NCBI RefSeq assembly: GCF_000372725.1
Contig: NW_005201277.1
Coordinates: 332,511-367,976, forward strand
Reading direction: 5' to 3'
DNA: 35,466 bases
Source of the DNA: Emiliania huxleyi CCMP1516
Lineage: Eukaryota
Below the pieces are notes generated by a model. The model had not been told where the DNA came from and did not search any database. It saw only the letters and a program-made list of their open reading frames with translations. The position numbers and the translations under genes were made by a program. Below, one piece after another: positions 29,654-35,466 of the stretch; positions within the stretch are counted from its first letter, which is position 1; each line of letters starts with the position of its first letter.

Positions 29654-31333
29654 ATGTCCTCCCGCAAGCGCGCCCGCACCGCCGGCGAAGGCGAGGAGGA
29701 GGGCGAGGCTGTGCCGGTCGCGGGTGGCTTCGAGGCGCCCATTTTTGGCGCGCGCGTCGTCGGCCAGGTCACCACGCTGGCGCTCGAGGGCGAGGACGAC
29801 CGTCAGGCATCGCTCCTGCGTGCCGTCGCAAGCGATCGCGCGGGCGGCTGGTACGTCACGACTAAGGAGGGCTCGCTGCTGCACGTGTCGGCGGCCGGGC
29901 GCACCCGCACCGTCGCGACCTGCGAGGAATGCCGCGGTATTGTCCTCAGCCCCGACGGTAGCGCGCTGTTTGTGACGGACTGCGACAACCACAAGATCCT
30001 GCGGGTGGAGGTGGCGACGGGCGCGGTGAGCACTGTCGCGGGCAGCGGCGAAGGCGACGCGGATGGCATGGGCGACGCGGCTCAGTTTAACGACCCATAC
30101 GGCGTCACCATCAGCCCAGACGGCAGCGCGCTGTTTGTGGCGGACTTGTGCAAGATCCGGCGGGTGGAGGTGGCGACTGGCGCTGTGACTACGCTCGCGG
30201 GCAGCGGCGAAGAAGGCAGCGCTGATGGCGTGGGCGGCGCGGCTCAGTTCGACGGCCCAGTCGGCGTTGCCCTCAGCCCCGACGGCAGCGCGCTGTTCGT
30301 GGCAGACTTCTGGAGCCACAAGATCCGGCGGGTGGAGGTGGCGACGGGCGCGGTGACGACTGTCGCAGGCAGCGGCACTGAAGGCAGCGCTGATGGCATG
30401 GGCGGCGCGGCGCAGTTCTCGCGCCCAACTGGCATCGCCGTCAGCCCCGACGGCAGCGCACTGTTCGTGGCGGACTTCGGCAGCCACAAGATCCGGCGCG
30501 TGGAGGTGGCGACGGGCGCAGTGACGACTGTCGCGGGCAGCGGCGGAGAAGGCGACGCGGATGGCGTGGGCGACGCGGCGCAGTTCGCGCACCCAGCCAT
30601 TGTCGCCGTCAGCCCCGATGGCAGCACGCTTCTGGTCTGCACGGGGGCTCTCCGCCAGGTCTGCGTGGCTGCGCCTCCTCCGCCTCCCTCCTTTGCGCCG
30701 ATTGTGGTGCCGCCCTCGACCTTCTTTGCCGACATGAAGAAGATGCGGGGCGACGCCTCCCTCCCGCACGGCCCGGTCACTTTCGTGGTCGGAAAGGAGG
30801 AGCAGCGCATCGAGCACGTGAGCAAGAACCTGCTCTGCGTGCGGTCCGAGTACTATGGGAAGATGTTCGGCATCGGCATGAAGGAGCGCGACGCCGCCGA
30901 GATCACGGTGCCCAAGACGGATCTCGCCAGCTTCACCGCCTTCATCGACTACCTCTGCACCGACCAGCTCGACCTCGGCGAGGGGGAGGGCGAGCAGGCG
31001 CGGCGCGCGCTCGTGCTGCGGGAGCTGGCGCAGATGTACCAGGTGCCGCGCCTCGAGCTGCTCTGCGCGCAGGCGCTGCAGGAGAGCGTCGGGCCGGCGA
31101 GCGCGGTGCCGCTGCTCGAGGCGGCGCACACGACGGGCGACGGGCGGCTCCTCGCGCAGTGCCGCCGCTTCGTGGCCGACCACGCCGCCGAGGTGCGGGC
31201 GAGCGGCGGCGTGGAGCAGTTGCGCGACCTGGGCGTGGCCAAGGGGCTGCTCGGCGACGCGCTCGACCAGGTGGCGGAGCTGAAGATGGGGGCGGCGCGC
31301 ACGGCCGCGGGCCAGAGGGCGGCGCCCGCCTAG
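29654..31333 (+). CDS. NHL-repeat beta-propeller + BTB/POZ domain protein
   Basis: About four near-identical 54-56-aa repeats SPDGSALFVAD...KIRRVEVATGAVTT.AGSG..G.ADG.G.AAQF, then BTB VTFVVG...LLCVRSEYYGKMF..GMKE...FIDYLCTD...LAQMYQVPRLE.LC. Confidence 0.9.
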   Translation: MSSRKRARTAGEGEEEGEAVPVAGGFEAPIFGARVVGQVTTLALEGEDDRQASLLRAVASDRAGGWYVTTKEGSLLHVSAAGRTRTVATCEECRGIVLSPDGSALFVTDCDNHKILRVEVATGAVSTVAGSGEGDADGMGDAAQFNDPYGVTISPDGSALFVADLCKIRRVEVATGAVTTLAGSGEEGSADGVGGAAQFDGPVGVALSPDGSALFVADFWSHKIRRVEVATGAVTTVAGSGTEGSADGMGGAAQFSRPTGIAVSPDGSALFVADFGSHKIRRVEVATGAVTTVAGSGGEGDADGVGDAAQFAHPAIVAVSPDGSTLLVCTGALRQVCVAAPPPPPSFAPIVVPPSTFFADMKKMRGDASLPHGPVTFVVGKEEQRIEHVSKNLLCVRSEYYGKMFGIGMKERDAAEITVPKTDLASFTAFIDYLCTDQLDLGEGEGEQARRALVLRELAQMYQVPRLELLCAQALQESVGPASAVPLLEAAHTTGDGRLLAQCRRFVADHAAEVRASGGVEQLRDLGVAKGLLGDALDQVAELKMGAARTAAGQRAAPA

Positions 31334-31724
31334 TGTCTGGTTTGCGTGATCATCGCCCTGAGGCGGCCTCGCCTCTCCGCACTCCACGGCCCTTTGTGGC
31401 TTGTGGTGTGGGCGCGCTTGGCAGGGTCGTGTTCACCACATCGCGCTTCACATCGGACTTCTCTGCCTCTGGTTCTCATTCACATTCTGCCCGGCATGCA
31501 GGAAAGGGGCGTCTGCAGTCTACGTTGGCAGATTTGTACTAGGGGGTGTAACAGACAACACGGAGTATCAACAAACGACGATGTGTTTCCCGTCGGCCCT
31601 CTCTCGAGGGTCGGACTCCCCCCGCTCTTTTTTCCTAAGTCTTTTGTGTATGTCGGGCCTCTCACGGACGCGCGGCGCGCTCTCCACCTCCACGACTCGA
31701 GCTTTGCGGACTGGTTGGGTAGTA

Positions 31725-32589
31725 GTCTAAGTTCTGAGCCTCGAGGCTGAACGGGTCTAAGTGTGGCTAGCCACGCTGGAGTGCTTGCGCGGTCTAAGAT
31801 CAGCGGGAGCCTCTTACATCGGCTAAGTCGGCCGTGGCACGGCCTGGGGCCAGGAGGCTCCTCCACCGTGATCAACGATACGGCGCAGCCCCCAAATTTT
31901 CTTCGCCTGCGGAGGGCGATGGATCCTCTTCATGCTTAGCAATCGCCGCCTCAGCATCCTCCTCTTCCGACTTTCGTTGCTGCTCCTTCATTCTTGAGCG
32001 ACGTCTAGCCAAACAGTTCTCACATGACACGAAGCTCCTCAAGCTTAATCAAACGTGTGACGGTGAAGGCGTGAAGCCTGTGTGTGCTGGTCCTCTTTGA
32101 ACGATCCGCGCGTGAGGTAGCATAGGGCCTTGTTGGCAGCAGCCAGCTTGTTGCGCTGCTTCGTTGCGATGAGCTGATTGGGATCGCAGAAGTGCATGCC
32201 AAGCACCGCCACGATCTTGAAGCAGAACACATCGCAACCGCATCGTCCGCACTGCCATCGGCATGCCGCGCCCGCCGCTTCGCCGCAGCCGCCTTAAGGC
32301 ACGCATAGCGGCAGCACATGGTACGGTGCGCGTACTTGAGCAGGCGTTGCGCGCCGTGAGTAGCGCACTGGCCCTGGGAGAAGGCGATATGGCGTCGTGC
32401 GCGGCATACGTTGGTCGGACGCGTCCAGGTATTTCGGGTAAACCTGGAGGCTTTTCAGGTATACCCGGGTTTTGCCCGGAGTGGCCTTATGTCGTCTAAG
32501 TTCATGGCCCCCGACCATACAGCGTCTAAGTCTGAGCCCGGCTCGGTGCGGGGGCTAAGTTGAGCGCTCGCTCGCTGCAGAGGCTAAGT
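31725..32589. repeat. Two arrays of four G[TG]CTAAG(T) motifs at about 29-37 bp spacing, flanking degenerate sequence
   Basis: Motifs at 31725, 31755, 31792 and 31821, and at 32494, 32524, 32553 and 32582. Confidence 0.6.
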
Positions 32590-32646
32590 GTAGAGCGACC
32601 CTCTAGCCCTACTACCCAACCATTCTTTGCGGCCGCGGGCCGGCGG

Positions 32647-33273
32647 TCAGATGATGTGGAAGCCCCTCATCCGTGTCCGAGACCGCCTTGAGAGGAGCTG
32701 CGCCTTGAGCTTGGACTTTGTCGTGTACTCGGGCAGCAGCAGGTGGTTGAAGCAGGTGACTAGTCAGGTGTGAGTCGCCGACTGGAGTCGCTCCTCGTCG
32801 GAGCCGTTGCGCGAGATGACGAAGGAGAGGTTGCCGAGCCCCTTGATTGGCACCCGGTCCGAGCCGGTGCAAAAGAAGAGGAACTTCTTCTTCATCTCGA
32901 GCGGCAGCTCGTGGATCACCTCCCACAGCAGCGCGATGCACGGGCTGTCACAGGAGAAGCCGTCGTCGTACTGCGTCACCCGCTCCAGCGCCTCGAAGTC
33001 GAGATTTGGCGAGCCGCACAGCAGCAGCTCGAGCTCCTCCCACCGGAAGAGCTGGATCGCCTATATGGGGAGGTGCGGGGAGGTGTGGGGAGATGCGGGG
33101 AGGTGTGGGGAGATGCGGTGAGATGTGGTGAGATGTGGGGAGATGTGGGGAGATGTGGGGAGATGGGAGATATATATGGGGGAGATAGCTGGATCGCCTC
33201 GCCGCCGCAGACCGACTCGAAGCCGCGCAGGAAGGCGTCCGACTGCGTCGCAACCGAGTCGACGAGGAGGTAC
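32647..33273 (-). pseudogene. HECT E3 ubiquitin ligase C-terminal region with lesions; 5' part lost in the gap
   Basis: AFLRGF, intron 33061-33197, LFRWEELELLLCG...LDFEALE, FLFFCTGSDRVPIKGLG and TCFNHLLLPEY. An in-frame TGA precedes the catalytic Cys and indels precede GFHII*. Confidence 0.85.
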
Positions 33274-33700
33274 CCCCCCCAGAGGCTTCACCACATGCTA
33301 GGGGGGGGGGGGGGGGACCCCCCCCCAGCACCTTCACCACATGCTGGGGGGGGGGGGGGCCTGGCCCAAAACCCCCCCCAAAAATCCGGGGCAAACCCCC
33401 CCGGCCCTTGATTTTTCCCCTCCTTTCCCAGTATTTTTGAGAGGAAAAACCCCCTTTGGAGCTACCTGAGCCCTGGGACTGGGCCAAATTTCCCAANNNN
33501 NNNNNNNNNNNNNNNNNNNNNNNNNNNNNNNNNNNNNNNNNNNNNNNNNNNNNNNNNNNNNNNNNNNNNNNNNNNNNNNNNNNNNNNNNNNNNNNNGAAC
33601 CCTGGATGCTAACGACAAAAAAAATCTAGCACAAAAAGAAAAGTGCGCGACTGGCGACTGGAGCCGGGACTAGGACTAGGGTGTGGGTGCCTCCGTCGCG

Positions 33701-33800
33701 ATGCGCTCCCCACTCCCGTTCCCCTGGGTGTCCCTGATCATCCTTCCAAAATCCTGCTCGTGCAGGTGGGGACCCTGTCCTCGTCCCATCCCTCGTTTGG
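33701..33800. repeat. Dispersed SINE-like repeat, copy 2
   Basis: Similar to 9330-9428; flanked by GGGACTAGG at 33666 and 33822 and ends in a TTCT-rich tract. Confidence 0.8.
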
Positions 33801-34029
33801 GTTGGTCTGTTTTCTTTCTTAGGGACTAGGTGACATCCCTCCCTTGCGTTGTCTGCTTTCTTTCTTTGTTTGTAAAATTCTTTCTTTCTTTGGTGGCTGA
33901 GTTTCGGGCTCCTGGACGGGCGGGGGCGGCGAGGGAATGTTTTTATATCGTGATGAACTGTCCTGAAATGGATCTAGCCCCCGCGGCGAGGGCAGCGTTG
34001 CAGCGCGCCGGCTGAGGGAGGGTGTTCTC

Positions 34030-34195
34030 GCTCGAGGTTCTCGAGGTTGCTATCTATGCTTTGGCCGCGTTGGTGCGAGCATTGGACTGGTTATTCTTGT
34101 TGTTGTGTAGCATTTTGGTTTTTGCCATTGGTGTAAGTAACGCGATCCACGCAGGTGGGTGTTTTCTGCTCGGTTTTCTGACGACGGTCGACATC
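34030..34195. repeat. Diverged dispersed repeat, copy 2 (relative of 1063-1190)
   Basis: Same collinear blocks as 1063-1190, with added small insertions and duplications. Confidence 0.45.
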
Positions 34196-34593
34196 GCGAC
34201 ATGGACAGGGGCCCGGGCTGGGCGGACCAGAACGTCAGATGTGGATGAGATCGGTGTGATCCGCGCAAATCGTCAAATTCCGGGCTCTGAGCCGAGTCAG
34301 AGAGAGTTTTGTTGCCGAGTCTGAGGCTGGGGTTGCGGTTGGTCCCAAAATCAGCCAAATCGGCAAAACCCCGAGGATTCCTGGAAATATCCGGATATTT
34401 TGCTCGATTTTTGCAAGATTTTGCACCAGACCAGCTCTCTCCTACCGAAGTTGCTCAGGGAAACTCGATCGAGAGTTGCCCAGAATGGAGCACCAAACAC
34501 CCGCTACAAAAAGTTCTGGGGGCCCTCTGGTTTCCCTCTGTCTGGGTTGCCAGAAACCTGGATACAGCTTACAGGCCAAGGCGCAAGGGGCAG

Positions 34594-34732
34594 GCACTTG
34601 GAGCTCTTGGAGTGCAGTCGGTAACCTCACATCCAGGGCCGGGGAGCTCAGAAGCGCACCCAGCGGGCCGGATGATCGGCATCGGGTTACGGGCTAGAGA
34701 GCCCTAGCCCCGGGGGTGCGCGGTCGCAGGGC
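34594..34732. repeat. 139-bp dispersed repeat, copy 2
   Basis: 137 of 139 bases identical to 14172-14310. Confidence 0.95.
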
Positions 34733-35307
34733 CATAACACGGGTCTCCGAGGGATAGCTCCGCGCTCCGGGTTTCCCCTAGCAGCCCGACGATGAATTGT
34801 TTTTTGAAAGCAGAGCGCGAAGAAGCTCCCGCCAGGCGTTCCACCGGTGGGAAGGTTCTCGCCGCGCGCGGACGATGACGCGCTCGAGGACGCGCGCGGC
34901 CGCTGTTCCCAAGTGCGCTCGCCCCTCCTCGAGCACTGCTCCGCGCTCCTGGGCCGCGCCGCCCCCCCTGACCCCCAGCGCGCAGCTGCATCGCGCCCTG
35001 CGCCTGTGCGCGAGCCGCCGACGCGAGCCCTGCGCGCGCGGCCCCTCGCGCGGCCCCTCACCCCGCCCAGGAGCTCCCTACTCACCGCCTCTGTGCCTCT
35101 CTGCAGGAGCCCGCCGCCGCGCTCCGCCGGGTGCGACCCCGCTTCTCAGCGCCGAGCCGAGAGCGTCTCGCCTCTGACCCACCTCTGCAGCCGCCCGCCG
35201 CCGCTCCCCTCGCCCGCGCCGCGCGAGAGCCGCCCGTGCCCCACGCCCGCAACCCTCCTCCGCTCCGCCGCCGCCCACTCACCTCGCTCCCCTCGCCCGC
35301 CGTTCAG

Positions 35308-35466
35308 GTCCTCCAGCCGGCCCGCCAAGGCGGCGCGCTCGGATCCCGACGACAGTCTCGAGGGAGCGCTCGACTTTGACGCCCTCTCGCCCGACCTCGC
35401 GCCGCCCAAGAAGGCGAGCAAGTCGCGGCCGCGCAAGCGCCCCGCTCCGGCGGCGCCCGTGCCCAT
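35308..35466 (+). CDS. Probable exon of a gene running off the window, with a basic NLS-like segment
   Basis: A pyrimidine-rich tract and TTCAG acceptor precede an open frame SSRPAKAARSDPDDSLEGALDFDALSPDLAPPKKASKSRPRKRP. Confidence 0.3.

Noticed and set aside
33274..33496. G/C homopolymer-rich stretch with a short direct repeat
   Set aside because: Looks like low-quality read-end sequence next to a gap.

Overview
This is eukaryotic, very GC-rich draft genomic DNA with four N-gaps (1939-2753, 3947-4046, 24885-24984, 33497-33596). The many GC-AG introns, GAGATGTGGG/CCGAGATTCG intronic repeats and gene content suggest a haptophyte such as Emiliania/Gephyrocapsa huxleyi; that assignment is inferred, not shown. 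Recognisable genes: a spliced RING/U-box-like + EF-hand gene (3' part duplicated), a head-to-head glycosyltransferase and secreted methyltransferase pair, an intronless ankyrin-coiled-coil-Pelle/IRAK-like kinase-RING protein, WDR92 (8 exons), MED22 (4 exons), an F-box-like/kelch protein, an NHL-BTB protein, and a secreted W[YF]PGK-repeat Cys-rich protein. Gene fragments: R2K ATP-grasp, Lsi2-like transporter, FkbM-like protein, PHGDH, 2OG-dioxygenase and HECT. Repeats include a Helitron Rep remnant, a foldback palindrome and several dispersed families. The most striking pattern is that many introns begin with a near-copy of the next exon's first bases, and short insertions elsewhere carry 6-25 bp flanking duplications. 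This suggests an insertion-with-duplication process that creates introns and non-canonical GC/GA donors. All exon models and family calls were made by eye, without database searches.
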